This document shows, piece after piece, positions 47,988 to 57,498 of a DNA stretch of 64,000 bases; within the stretch, counting starts at the first letter, position 1; each line of letters starts with the position of its first letter. Source of the DNA: an uncultured Candidatus Binatia bacterium. Lineage in GTDB: Bacteria > Desulfobacterota > Binatia > UBA9968 > JAJDTQ01. The notes beneath the pieces are model-generated. The model worked only from the letters and a program-made list of their open reading frames with translations. It had not been told where the DNA came from and made no database searches. The position numbers and the translations under genes were made by a program. Where the stretch lies: NCBI GenBank assembly GCA_965213675.1, contig OZ243916.1, positions 3,104,001 to 3,168,000 on the forward strand. The letters are read 5' to 3'.

Positions 47988-48959
47988 TCAGACGTCGATG
48001 AACAGCTCGCGCAGGTCCGGCCGGTGCGAGATCAGGCCCTGGGCCATGGAGTAATCCAGGAACTTCTCCAGACCCTTGCGGTTGGCCTCGATGCCGTGAG
48101 GCCAAGGGTCGCGGCCCAGGACTCCGGCGGTGCTCTCCACATACTCGGAGAACCAGGGGAGGACGCCAGCCGAGCTCACCGTATCCAGCCGCTTGAAGAA
48201 GGAATCCTTCTCCTTCCTCAACACCTTCTCCACCTTGCGCGCGATGCCGATCCCCTTCTCCAGGTGCTTCTCCCTGAGGGCCATGAGGTGCATGAGCGGG
48301 ATGACGCCGTGCTTGCGGAAGTATTCCTTCTCCCGCTCCACCGCGTCGGGGAAAAGGCAGCGCACGCCGGGCGCCGGCGGCCGGGTCAGGTGCGCGTAGA
48401 TCACCGCGTCGAGCTTGTTTTCCAGGAGCCAGTCGAAGAGGCGCGCTTCCCCGCCCGCGTTCTCCACCTTTCCGGCAAGTTCCCCTGGCAGCCTGACGCG
48501 CTCCACCCGTCCGGTGACCCAGCGGATGTCTTCGGGTCTGACGCCGTAGTCGTCCTGCAGGATGCCGCGAATCCACACCGCCGCGGTCATGTGATAGTCC
48601 GGCACCCCGACGCGCTTGCCCCTGAGCTGCTCCCCGCTCACGAGTTTGCTGTCCCGGCGCACGAACAGTGCCGAGTGGCGGAAGCGCCGTGAGGTGAAGA
48701 TGGGCAACGCCTTGTAGGCGCGCCACCCCTGCTCGCGCATCATGGTGTAGCTCGACAGCGACAACTCCGTGACATCGTACCGCGGCGACTTCAACACGCG
48801 CCGGAACAGCTTGTTCGGCGGGTCCACGTAGTGCCAGCGAATGTCCAGCCCGTACGCCTGGTGGCGCCCGCTCGTGAGCGCGCCGAAGAACGGGTAGTCG
48901 TTGCTGGCCAGCGTGAGGGGCACGAGCCCGGTCTCGTTCGGTGATGGTTTGTCGGCCAA
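47988..48959 (-). CDS. 4,5-dihydroxyphthalate-decarboxylase-like periplasmic-binding-fold protein
   Basis: YDVTELSLSSY, PIFTSRRFRHS, LRGKRVGVPDYHMTAAVWIRGIL, DPWPHGIEANR. TTG start after GGAGG. Confidence 0.8.
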   Translation of the reverse strand: MADKPSPNETGLVPLTLASNDYPFFGALTSGRHQAYGLDIRWHYVDPPNKLFRRVLKSPRYDVTELSLSSYTMMREQGWRAYKALPIFTSRRFRHSALFVRRDSKLVSGEQLRGKRVGVPDYHMTAAVWIRGILQDDYGVRPEDIRWVTGRVERVRLPGELAGKVENAGGEARLFDWLLENKLDAVIYAHLTRPPAPGVRCLFPDAVEREKEYFRKHGVIPLMHLMALREKHLEKGIGIARKVEKVLRKEKDSFFKRLDTVSSAGVLPWFSEYVESTAGVLGRDPWPHGIEANRKGLEKFLDYSMAQGLISHRPDLRELFIDV

Positions 48960-49148
48960 GTCAATCTCCCTCCGGGGCGGACCCGTGTAGCGATTCACGA
49001 AGACGCTTGTGAAGATGCGCAGAAATACAGGTTGCTGGCAAGGCGTGGCATGCACCTCTTCGTATGGTCCGGGACGGCGGTTTCGTGGTAGTTTGAACGG
49101 GAGTGAAAGGAGTGGAGCGGTCGTCGTTCGCCGCAATCAGCACCTACG

Positions 49149-50078
49149 ATGAACACGTCGGTGTCCATGGAAACGCCGTCCGGCAAGGCCGCGGCGGATG
49201 AGAATTTCCCGGTGGGCTCGTGGCTCTTGCCCGCGCGCCTGCGCCCGCATATCGCCACCTTCTACGCCTATGCCCGGGCCATCGACGACATCGCCGACGA
49301 TCCGACCCTGGCGCCCGCCGACAAGATCGCCCGGCTCGACGGTTTCGCCGACGCGGTCACCGGCGCCGGTGCGCCGGACCCGGCTTTCCGCAAGGCGCAC
49401 GCGATCCGGCGCAGCCTCGCCGAGACCGGTGTGACGTCCCGGCACTGCGTGGACCTGACCCGGGCGTTCAAGCAGGACGCGGTGAAGCTGCGCTACGAGG
49501 ACTGGGACGATCTCATGGGTTACTGCGACCTGTCGGCGGCGCCGGTGGGCCGCTACCTGGTGGACCTGCACGGCGAGTCCCCCACGGCCTATCCGGCGTC
49601 CGACGCCCTGTGCCACGCTTTGCAGGTGCTGAACCACCTCCAGGACTGCGGCGATGACTACAAGGCCCTTGACCGGGTCTACCTGCCGCGGGACTGGATG
49701 TCGTCCGCGGGCGCCGATGTCGAAGCTCTTGCTCACGGGGCTGCCGGCGCCCCGTTGCGGCGGGTGCTGGACCGCTGCCTCGATCACACCGACCGCCTTC
49801 TCGAAACCGCAAACGCGCTGCCGGGAAACCTGCGCAACCTGCGCTTCGCCATGGAGGCCGCGGTCATCGTCGCCATCGCATGGAGGCTCGGCGCGGAGCT
49901 GCGCCGGCGCGATCCGCTGGCTGAACGGGTGGTGTTGAGTCAGGCTCAGTACGCGGCCTGTTGCGCGCGCGGCATCGGCCGGGTGCTGTTCGAGCGGGCC
50001 TTGCGGCGGCACCGCGCGCCGGAGCGGCCGCGTTCCGGCACGCGCGGTGGTGAGGATTCGTCGGATGCCGGAGGGTAG
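49149..50078 (+). CDS. hpnC: Hydroxysqualene synthase HpnC
   Basis: ENFPVGSWL, ARAIDDIAD, FKQD, YCDLSAAPVGR, NHLQD, RVYLP. First gene of hpnCDE. Confidence 0.92.
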   Translation: MNTSVSMETPSGKAAADENFPVGSWLLPARLRPHIATFYAYARAIDDIADDPTLAPADKIARLDGFADAVTGAGAPDPAFRKAHAIRRSLAETGVTSRHCVDLTRAFKQDAVKLRYEDWDDLMGYCDLSAAPVGRYLVDLHGESPTAYPASDALCHALQVLNHLQDCGDDYKALDRVYLPRDWMSSAGADVEALAHGAAGAPLRRVLDRCLDHTDRLLETANALPGNLRNLRFAMEAAVIVAIAWRLGAELRRRDPLAERVVLSQAQYAACCARGIGRVLFERALRRHRAPERPRSGTRGGEDSSDAGG

Positions 50079-50091
50079 ACATCGAGCGGGG

Positions 50092-50952
50092 GTGACGGCC
50101 GCGGCGGAACGGCCCGTCGAGCCTTGGAACCATGTCCGCCGCGTGGTGGCGCGCTCGGGCACGTCGTTCCTGTGGGGCATGCGCGTGCTGCCGGCGGAGC
50201 GCCGCCGCGCCATGTACGCCATCTACGCGTTCTGCCGCGAGGTGGACGACGTGGCCGACGAGCCGGGGGAGAGCGCGCAGAAGAAGCGCGGATTGGCGGC
50301 GTGGCGGGAAGAGATTGCGCGGCTCTACGCGGGCGAGCCGCGGTGGCTTACGACAAGGGCGCTGTTGCAGCCCGTGCAGCGCTACGATCTGCCGCGGGAG
50401 GAGTTCCTCGCCGTCATTGACGGCGTGGAGACCGACGCGGCGCCGGCGGTCCGGATGGGGACGCAGGAGGACCTGCTGCGCTATTGCCGTAAGGTGGCCG
50501 GAGCCGTGGGGATGCTGTCCATCCACGCATTCGGCGTGCCGCGGAACCCGGGATACGAGATCGCCGAAACCCTCGGGAACGCCGTGCAACTCACCAACAT
50601 CCTGCGCGACGTGAAGGAAGACGCGGCCAACGAGCGTCTCTACGTCCCCCTGGACCTGATGCGGCGGCACGGGGTGCCGGAGAGTCCTCCCCTGAGCGCA
50701 CTGTGCGACCAGCCGGGTTTCGCGGCGGCGTGCGCGGAGCTGGCAGGAATCGCGCGGGACCACTATGCCGGCACCGAGCGGTTGCTGGCACGCCTCCGGC
50801 GCCGCCAGATCCGCCCCATCGTGCTCATGATGGCGGTCTATCGAGAGACGCTCCGGCGCCTGGAGATACGCGGCTGGAAACACCTGGAGCGGCCCGTGCG
50901 GCTTGGCAAGCCGCGCAAGCTGTGGCTCGCGTTGCGCTACGGTCTTCTCTGA
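50092..50952 (+). CDS. hpnD: Presqualene diphosphate synthase HpnD
   Basis: SGTSFLWGM, YAFCREVDDVAD, YCRKVAGAVG, QLTNILRDVKEDA. Start uncertain (50047-50092). Confidence 0.92.
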   Translation: MTAAAERPVEPWNHVRRVVARSGTSFLWGMRVLPAERRRAMYAIYAFCREVDDVADEPGESAQKKRGLAAWREEIARLYAGEPRWLTTRALLQPVQRYDLPREEFLAVIDGVETDAAPAVRMGTQEDLLRYCRKVAGAVGMLSIHAFGVPRNPGYEIAETLGNAVQLTNILRDVKEDAANERLYVPLDLMRRHGVPESPPLSALCDQPGFAAACAELAGIARDHYAGTERLLARLRRRQIRPIVLMMAVYRETLRRLEIRGWKHLERPVRLGKPRKLWLALRYGLL

Positions 50953-50964
50953 AACGCCTTCTTC

Positions 50965-52287
50965 GTGGCTCGGACCTATGTCATTGGCGCCGGCTTGGCC
51001 GGCCTTTCCGCCGCGGTTTCGCTGGCGCGGGCGGGGCGCGCCGTGACCCTCTGCGAAGCCAGCGGGCAGGCCGGTGGCCGCTGCCGTTCCTACTTCGATG
51101 ACAGGCTCGGGTGCGCCATCGACAACGGCAACCATCTGCTGCTGAGCGGCAACCGCTCCACCATGGGCTACTTGGCGGATGTGGGCGCCGCCGATGAGCT
51201 GGTGGGGCCGGCGGAGGCGTGTTTCCCGTTCCTGGACCTGCGCACCGGCGAGCGCTGGCGCCTGCGCCCCAACGCCGGGCGGCTGCCTTGGTGGATTCTC
51301 GATCCGCGCCGGCGCGTGCCCGGCACGCGCGCGTCGGAATATCTTTCCGGCCTCCGTATCGCGCTGGCGGGCGCGGACCGCACCGTGAACGGCTGCCTGG
51401 GTGGCCACGGTCCCCTGTTCGAACGGTTCTGGGAACCGCTGGCCGTGGCCGCGCTGAACAGTCCGGCGCGGACCGGCGCCGCGCGCCTGCTGTGGCCGGT
51501 GTTGCGCGAGACCTTCGCCAAGGGAGAGGCCGCCTGCCGCCCGCGGATCGCCCGGACCGGCCTCTCCGGAACGTTCGTGGACCCGGCGCTGGAGCTGTTG
51601 CGCCGGCGCGGCGCCGCCGTGCGGTTCGGCACCCGGTTGCGTGCCATCGCAGGCGCGGGCGGCGCGGCGCGCGGTCTGGACTTCGGCGCCGAGGCGGTCG
51701 CCTTGAAGGACGGCGACAGTGTCGTCCTGGCCCTGCCGCCGCAGGTTGCGGCGAGCCTGATGCCGGACCTCGTCGTGCCCGAGGAGAGCCACGCCATCGT
51801 CAACGTCCACTTCCGTTTGCCGGAACGCGTTGCCCTCTCGGATGATTTGCCGTTCCTCGGGCTCATCGGCGGCACGGCACAATGGCTGTTCGTCCGCGGC
51901 GACGTCGCGTCCATCACCATCAGCGCGGCCGACGGCATGGTCGACGAGGATGCCGGTGTCATCGCGCGCGAGACATGGCGCGACGTCGCCGCCGCCCTGG
52001 GGCGCCCGCCGCCGTTGCCGCCGTACCGGGTCGTCAAGGAGAAGCGGGCGACGTTCGCACAGACCCCCGTACAGCTGAAGCGCCGTCCGGGCACGCGCAC
52101 CCGTTTCGGCAATGTCTATCTCGCGGGCGACTGGATCGACACCGGACTGCCCGCCACCGTCGAGAGCGCCGTCCGCTCCGGCCACCTGGCCGCGCGCGCC
52201 GTTCAAGGCGCCGCCTCCCAGGAGCCTGCGGCGCAGGCTCCTGGGAGGGTGTGCGGGAACGACGGCGAAACCGCGAGCCATGATTGA
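50965..52287 (+). CDS. hpnE: Hydroxysqualene dehydroxylase HpnE
   Basis: [52 protein letters not shown]. Confidence 0.93.
   Translation: MARTYVIGAGLAGLSAAVSLARAGRAVTLCEASGQAGGRCRSYFDDRLGCAIDNGNHLLLSGNRSTMGYLADVGAADELVGPAEACFPFLDLRTGERWRLRPNAGRLPWWILDPRRRVPGTRASEYLSGLRIALAGADRTVNGCLGGHGPLFERFWEPLAVAALNSPARTGAARLLWPVLRETFAKGEAACRPRIARTGLSGTFVDPALELLRRRGAAVRFGTRLRAIAGAGGAARGLDFGAEAVALKDGDSVVLALPPQVAASLMPDLVVPEESHAIVNVHFRLPERVALSDDLPFLGLIGGTAQWLFVRGDVASITISAADGMVDEDAGVIARETWRDVAAALGRPPPLPPYRVVKEKRATFAQTPVQLKRRPGTRTRFGNVYLAGDWIDTGLPATVESAVRSGHLAARAVQGAASQEPAAQAPGRVCGNDGETASHD
52214..52248. repeat. 35-bp perfect palindrome inside the hpnE 3' end
   Basis: CCTCCCAGGAGCCTGCG-G-CGCAGGCTCCTGGGAGG. Confidence 0.8.
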
Positions 52288-52357
52288 CGCTCCGTGGCAA
52301 CTGCTGCATAGTGAAATTCGCCGTGGGGGACTGCGGCGGCGTCTCGGAGACAACCCA

Positions 52358-53314
52358 ATGGAAAAACGACCTCTGCGAGTCATCCTGGCGCAGCCGAGAG
52401 GCTTCTGTGCCGGTGTGGTGAGAGCCGTGGACATCGTCGAGCGAGCGCTCGAAATCTACGGCGCTCCCGTCTACGTGCGCCACGAGATCGTCCATAACAA
52501 GCATGTGGTGAACGGGTTGCGCGCCAAGGGCGCCCGGTTCGTCGAAAAAGTCTCCGACATCCCGAAGGACGCGGTGACCGTGTTCAGCGCCCACGGCGTG
52601 TCCCGGAAAGTCGAGGACGCCGCGGATGCCCGGGGTCTACAGGTGATCGACGCCACCTGTCCGCTGGTGAGCAAGGTGCACGTCGAGGCGCAGCGCTATG
52701 CGCGCCAGGGTTACGAGGTGGTTCTCATCGGCCACTCGGGGCACCCGGAGGTGGAGGGCACCATGGGACAGGTGCCGGGTACGGTGCATCTGGTGTCCGA
52801 CATCGCCGACGTGGAAGCGTTGGATCCCGCCGACCCAACGAAGCTTGCATACGTCACGCAGACGACCCTGAGCGTCGACGATACCCGTGAGATCATCGCC
52901 GCGTTGAGGTCCCGGTTCCCCGAGATCCAGGGTCCTGACGTGAAGGATATCTGCTATGCGACGCAGAACCGGCAGACCGCGGTGCGGCTGCTGGCGGCCG
53001 AGTCCGACGTGATCCTGGTCATCGGCGCCGACTACAGCTCCAACTCGAACCGGTTGCGTGAGATCGGCGATGAGGTGGGGACCGACAGCCACCTCATTCC
53101 GGATGCCGGCAACCTGGACCCCGCCTGGCTGGAAGGGGCGGAGACGGTGGGGATCACCGCGGGCGCCTCGGCGCCGGAAGGACTGGTGCAGGGATTGGTG
53201 GACCGGCTCTGCGACATGTTCGACGTCACCCTGACCGACCTCGACGGCATTGAGGAGCACGTTACCTTCAAGCTGCCGCGGGAACTGGTGGGCACACAGG
53301 GGACGGCCGTTTAG
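52358..53314 (+). CDS. ispH: 4-hydroxy-3-methylbut-2-enyl diphosphate reductase
   Basis: [58 protein letters not shown]. Confidence 0.97.
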   Translation: MEKRPLRVILAQPRGFCAGVVRAVDIVERALEIYGAPVYVRHEIVHNKHVVNGLRAKGARFVEKVSDIPKDAVTVFSAHGVSRKVEDAADARGLQVIDATCPLVSKVHVEAQRYARQGYEVVLIGHSGHPEVEGTMGQVPGTVHLVSDIADVEALDPADPTKLAYVTQTTLSVDDTREIIAALRSRFPEIQGPDVKDICYATQNRQTAVRLLAAESDVILVIGADYSSNSNRLREIGDEVGTDSHLIPDAGNLDPAWLEGAETVGITAGASAPEGLVQGLVDRLCDMFDVTLTDLDGIEEHVTFKLPRELVGTQGTAV

Positions 53315-53354
53315 CGCGTGCCGCCCCGCCGCATCGTCATCTCCTCATCCACCG

Positions 53355-53519
53355 CCAGTGTCCTGACCCACGTAATCCATTACCAGGATGCGCAGGATTT
53401 CTTGTTGCCGGCAAGGCGCGATGACGAGCAGTGGCCGTTACCACGCGAGGAAGAGCAACGCAGGTGACGACAAGAAAGACAAGCGAATTGGTAATGAATT
53501 ACGTGGCACACCAGCCTAG
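53355..53519. mobile_element. ~165-bp structured repeat / MITE, copy 3 (inverted relative to copies 1 and 2)
   Basis: Core GGCAAGGCGCGATGACGAGCAGTGGCCGTTACCACGCGAGGAAGAGCAACGCAG. Arms ccacgtaatccattacca / tggtaatgaattacgtgg. The terminal CTAG overlaps the TAG stop of the convergent gene. Confidence 0.8.
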
Positions 53520-54766
53520 AAATTGTAGCTCAGGTGCAGTTCGACGAAGCTGTCGCGCCGGGTCGGGTAGATGGTGCGATCGGCCCTGTCCGCCGCCAGG
53601 AAGAAGGCGCTCTCGATGTGCAGCGACCAACTGTCCGAGAGGCGGCGGTTGAATTCGACGAACAGCGAACGGGTGGAATGCCCGGCGTCCGCCAGCAGGC
53701 TGACGACGACCTCGGTGCTCTGGACGTCGTTGAACCCCAGGCGCGCGCCCAGGAAGAGGTCGTTGTCGAAGGGGTTGGTGGCCGTCTCTCTCCGCCTGTC
53801 GTAGTTCCATTCGGCGAGCAGGCTGAGGTCCAGGTCCGACTCGAAGATGCCGCTGAACGTGTACTCTCCGCCGGCGACGAAGGCCGCGTAGTCTTCCCCG
53901 CGCCCCGCCAGATTCGAGAAGCCGCTTCGGTGAATGGCCTCGAGCTTGAGCAACCATGACTCGATGGTGAGCTGGGCGTCCAGACCGAACTGGCGGATCT
54001 GCTCGTAGTGTGGCACCAGCAGCAACTCCAATCTTTCGTTCGGCCTGGGCCGCTCGCAGACCAGACAGGGCTCCCGGCTGGTGCCGTCGAAGACGCTGAT
54101 ACCCAGATCCAGCGGGCCGAAACTGTGGCTGTACCGCGCCGCGAGGTCCACGTGCCATTCCTCGGCCGCGCTTTCGTAGGAGACGCGCTTGTCGTCTACC
54201 ACGAACTGGCCGCGCAGGCGGCCTTCCCGGCCCGGGTAAGTGCGTTCCCGGTGATACGGCAGCGCGAAGAACTCCGCCACGCCCCACTCGCCGGACCATG
54301 TCACGTGGGCCATGAGTTGCCCCAGCTTGGCTTCTTCGTTGGGATTCTCGATCAGGTCGGTCTGGTTGACGATGTCCACCAGGTGGCGCGATTCCGCGAC
54401 CCCCCAGAACACCCGGTCCGCGCCCAGGCGCAACTCCCACTCGCCGTTGCCGAGCGCGCCGTAGAGGAGGAAGTAGGCCTCCCGCACGTCGAAGTGGGTG
54501 CGGCGGGAGTCGCCGCCGTCATGGCGGAAGTAGGGCGCCAGGGTGACGCTGCGGCCCTCGTCGTCCTCGGCGTACAATTTGGGCTCGACCACGACGCCCG
54601 AGGCGTGGGACCGCTGGCCGGGGTGGGCTTCGTCCCGGTGGTACCACCGGCCCTCCAGGCCCACCCGTCCGGACACCTCGATGGCCGGGGCCCGGCCGGC
54701 GGCAAGGACGGATGCCAGGACCAGCGCGGTCCCGGCCGCCGCGATCTGGAGGGAGACGCGCGGCAT
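53516..54766 (-). CDS. Predicted outer-membrane beta-barrel protein (partner of MMPL/LolA-like genes)
   Basis: Signal peptide, amphipathic beta-strand pattern, RVFWGVAESRHLVDIVNQTD, C-terminal ELHLSYNF beta-signal. Confidence 0.75.
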   Translation of the reverse strand: MPRVSLQIAAAGTALVLASVLAAGRAPAIEVSGRVGLEGRWYHRDEAHPGQRSHASGVVVEPKLYAEDDEGRSVTLAPYFRHDGGDSRRTHFDVREAYFLLYGALGNGEWELRLGADRVFWGVAESRHLVDIVNQTDLIENPNEEAKLGQLMAHVTWSGEWGVAEFFALPYHRERTYPGREGRLRGQFVVDDKRVSYESAAEEWHVDLAARYSHSFGPLDLGISVFDGTSREPCLVCERPRPNERLELLLVPHYEQIRQFGLDAQLTIESWLLKLEAIHRSGFSNLAGRGEDYAAFVAGGEYTFSGIFESDLDLSLLAEWNYDRRRETATNPFDNDLFLGARLGFNDVQSTEVVVSLLADAGHSTRSLFVEFNRRLSDSWSLHIESAFFLAADRADRTIYPTRRDSFVELHLSYNF

Positions 54767-55569
54767 CAACGCGCCCGTTTCAGGCCGGTGCGGGTGAAGT
54801 CCCTCTCATTGAGCTTGGTCCGGTACTTGAAATCCGTCCAGGTCAGCAGCGTGCTCTTGCCCGTCAGATGATTGACCATGGACATCTCGTGCGCCTGCCA
54901 GTAGCGATCCAGAAACTTCTGGTACTTGGCCAGCGTCAGGGTCTTCAGATGGGCGTTCTTCCGGTCGTAGTATTCGACCTTCCAGAGCCGGAGCTCGTCC
55001 TTGTCCTGCCACACCACCTGGCGGCGATAACCGGACCTCTTGGTGACCGGGAAGCGTTCCACCACCGTGCACGTGGTGTCGCCGCAAGGCTCGTCCCGCA
55101 GGTACTTGTAGGTGTATCGTTCCACTTCCGAGCTACCCATGTCCTCGTAGGTGAACTCGCTGCCCATGAAGGAGCCGGAACGATTCGACGAGCTGATGCG
55201 CTTGACCCGTTTGAGCGCCGGTAAGAAGAGCCATTGGTCGTCTGCCTTGTCCTTGTGCGCATGGATGAGGAAAGCCGTCCCCTTGACGTCCCGGGGCTGG
55301 TCGAACACGAACAGGCTCTTGTCTCCGTCTCCGGGCGCCTCCAGAACCTTGAGACGGCTCTGACGCTTGCTTTCCTGCCCCTGCTTGTTGCGCAGCACCA
55401 TGGTCTGGCGGGCGGTGAAATTGCCGAAGCCCGTTGCCCGCTCGCGAGTTTCGCGGGCGATCCGCAACCCCTTTTCCCCGGCGGTCTCCGACCACGCGGG
55501 CGGCGGCCCGCCCAGCGACAGCAGGAAAACGAGACAAGCCACGGGTGCGACGGCAGCAACGTGAATCAT
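54766..55569 (-). CDS. LolA-like 'outer membrane lipoprotein-sorting' family protein
   Basis: Signal peptide, PRDVKGTAFL, DDQWLFLPALKRVKRI, SGSFMGSEFTYED. Confidence 0.85.
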   Translation of the reverse strand: MIHVAAVAPVACLVFLLSLGGPPPAWSETAGEKGLRIARETRERATGFGNFTARQTMVLRNKQGQESKRQSRLKVLEAPGDGDKSLFVFDQPRDVKGTAFLIHAHKDKADDQWLFLPALKRVKRISSSNRSGSFMGSEFTYEDMGSSEVERYTYKYLRDEPCGDTTCTVVERFPVTKRSGYRRQVVWQDKDELRLWKVEYYDRKNAHLKTLTLAKYQKFLDRYWQAHEMSMVNHLTGKSTLLTWTDFKYRTKLNERDFTRTGLKRAR

Positions 55570-57191
55570 TGTTCACTCCTGTCGATAGTCATCAGCAGAG
55601 CGGGAAGAAACAGAAAATCGGCCACCAGCGCGAACACCAGCGTGATCGTCACCAGAAGGCCGAGGGCCCAGCTCAACTCGAAGCCGGATGACGAGAATAC
55701 CAGCAGCCCCGCGCACAAGGCCGCGGTGGTGGTCCATAGCGCGTGGCCGACGGTGCGGAAGACGGTGCGCACGGCCTCCGCCGCCGGCAGGCCCTGGCGG
55801 CGGGCCTTCAGATATTCGGTCAGAAAATGAATCGTGTCGTCCACGATGATCCCGAAGGAGATCGCAACCACCACCGCGGAGGCAATGCCCACGCGGCCGA
55901 CGAGATAGCCCCACAGGCCGAAGCTCATGGCCGCGGGAATGAAATTGGGCAAGAGGCTCACGAGGCCCAGGCGCACGCTTTTGAACACCCCGACGAGAAT
56001 GAGCGAGATGAGGGCCATGGCGATGAGGGTGCCGCGCAGCATGCCGTGGATGTTTCGCAGGGAAAGGTGTGCGAAGACGATGCTGAGGCCGGTTGCCCCG
56101 GAGGCCAACCGGGGGGTATTGGCGCGAAGCCAGTCCTGGGCCCGCGCATCGAGCTCGCGTTGCTCCCGGGACGAGGTGCTGTCGACCACGACGGTCATGC
56201 GGGTCGCGGATTTGGCGACGTCGATGCGGTCGTTGAGGTCGCTGCCGAACGGGAGCGAAAGCTCGTAGAGCAAAAGGTACTGCGCGGCGAGTTCGGGATT
56301 GTCCGGCAACCGGTAGAAGGACGGATCGTCCCCGTGCAGGTTCTTGTTCAGCCGTTTCATGATGTCCGGAAAGGCCTGGACGTGGCTCACTTCGGGCTGG
56401 CTCCGGTACCATTGAGCGAAGGCGTCCACCGCGCGCAGATAGTCGGGATCGGTGATGCCGCCGTCGTGCTCCGCCTTCAGCGAGTATTCCAGCGTAATCA
56501 AGCTGGTCAGGTTTTCGATGACGAAATCGGTATGGCGCCGGAACTCGTAGCGTTCGTCGAAATACTTCGTCCAGTTGTCGGTGAGCTCGTTGCGGGGAAT
56601 GCCCATGGCGAGGGCCACCGCCACCAGGGTGACGAACCAGAGCAGGAGTCTGCGGCGCGCGACCACGAAGGCGCCGAAGCGGTCGAAGAAGGCCTGTTGT
56701 TCGGCGCGGACACGGCGGGCGCGCAACGGCAGGATCGAAAGCATCGCCGGCAGGAGGGTCATGGAGTAGACGAAGGCACACACGACGCCGAACGCCACAA
56801 GATTGCCCAGGAGGTGGAACGGCGGCGAGTCCGAGAAATTCAGGCTGAGAAACCCGATGGCCGTGGTGATGGCGGTCAGGAATACCGGATAAACATTGAG
56901 GCGGAGCGATTCGGCGATGGCCGTATTCCTGTCCAGTCCGCGGCCCATGCCCGCCAGGGTGGTGGCGACGACGTGGACCGAATGCCCCACGGCCACCGTC
57001 ATGACAATGATCGGCACGCCGGAACTGGTAGGGCTCAACACCTCGCCGAACATGATCCGGTAGTCGTTGGTGACGCCGAGAAAGCGGGCGCCCGCCGTCG
57101 TGACCAGCATGAGCAGCGTTGCGAGCGCAAGCACCCACCAGCGACCGCGCAGCACGGCGGCGACGTAGCGGTCCAAAGGCACGGAAGTCAT
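55566..57191 (-). CDS. MMPL/RND family transporter, apparently internally deleted (possible pseudogene)
   Basis: TTAIGFLSLNFSDSPPF, GIIVDDTIHF. Only 541 aa. TM1 (...TNDYRIMFG) runs directly into a TM4-like segment (EVLSPTSSGVPIIVMTVAV), so the first periplasmic domain is missing. Confidence 0.8.
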   Translation of the reverse strand: MTSVPLDRYVAAVLRGRWWVLALATLLMLVTTAGARFLGVTNDYRIMFGEVLSPTSSGVPIIVMTVAVGHSVHVVATTLAGMGRGLDRNTAIAESLRLNVYPVFLTAITTAIGFLSLNFSDSPPFHLLGNLVAFGVVCAFVYSMTLLPAMLSILPLRARRVRAEQQAFFDRFGAFVVARRRLLLWFVTLVAVALAMGIPRNELTDNWTKYFDERYEFRRHTDFVIENLTSLITLEYSLKAEHDGGITDPDYLRAVDAFAQWYRSQPEVSHVQAFPDIMKRLNKNLHGDDPSFYRLPDNPELAAQYLLLYELSLPFGSDLNDRIDVAKSATRMTVVVDSTSSREQRELDARAQDWLRANTPRLASGATGLSIVFAHLSLRNIHGMLRGTLIAMALISLILVGVFKSVRLGLVSLLPNFIPAAMSFGLWGYLVGRVGIASAVVVAISFGIIVDDTIHFLTEYLKARRQGLPAAEAVRTVFRTVGHALWTTTAALCAGLLVFSSSGFELSWALGLLVTITLVFALVADFLFLPALLMTIDRSEQ

Positions 57192-57215
57192 CGGTTGGCA
57201 CGGAAGTCATCGGTT
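57178..57215. repeat. 19-bp perfect tandem duplication at the MMPL start
   Basis: GGCACGGAAGTCATCGGTT at 57178-57196 and 57197-57215. Confidence 0.9.
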
Positions 57216-57498
57216 CGGCCATCCTACCACAGCCGAATATTGATGTAGAGACTCCAAGCCGTTGGAGTGAGCCTTCCCTTTGCGCGACTCCCCGTGCGAA
57301 CCCTACCGTTTGATGGTATAGTCATGCTGTTAAAATATGAGGTCAGGGTCATGGCATACCGTCCCCGGCAGCAGGACTCAATTGCGTTACTCCACTGCGC
57401 CGAACCCCGCGCAGCGCTTCGCGTGTGGCGCGCCGTCGACCGTCTGACCGTCTTGCGGCGGACCTGAGAGCCGACGGCATTGGGAGAAGGCCACCGCA

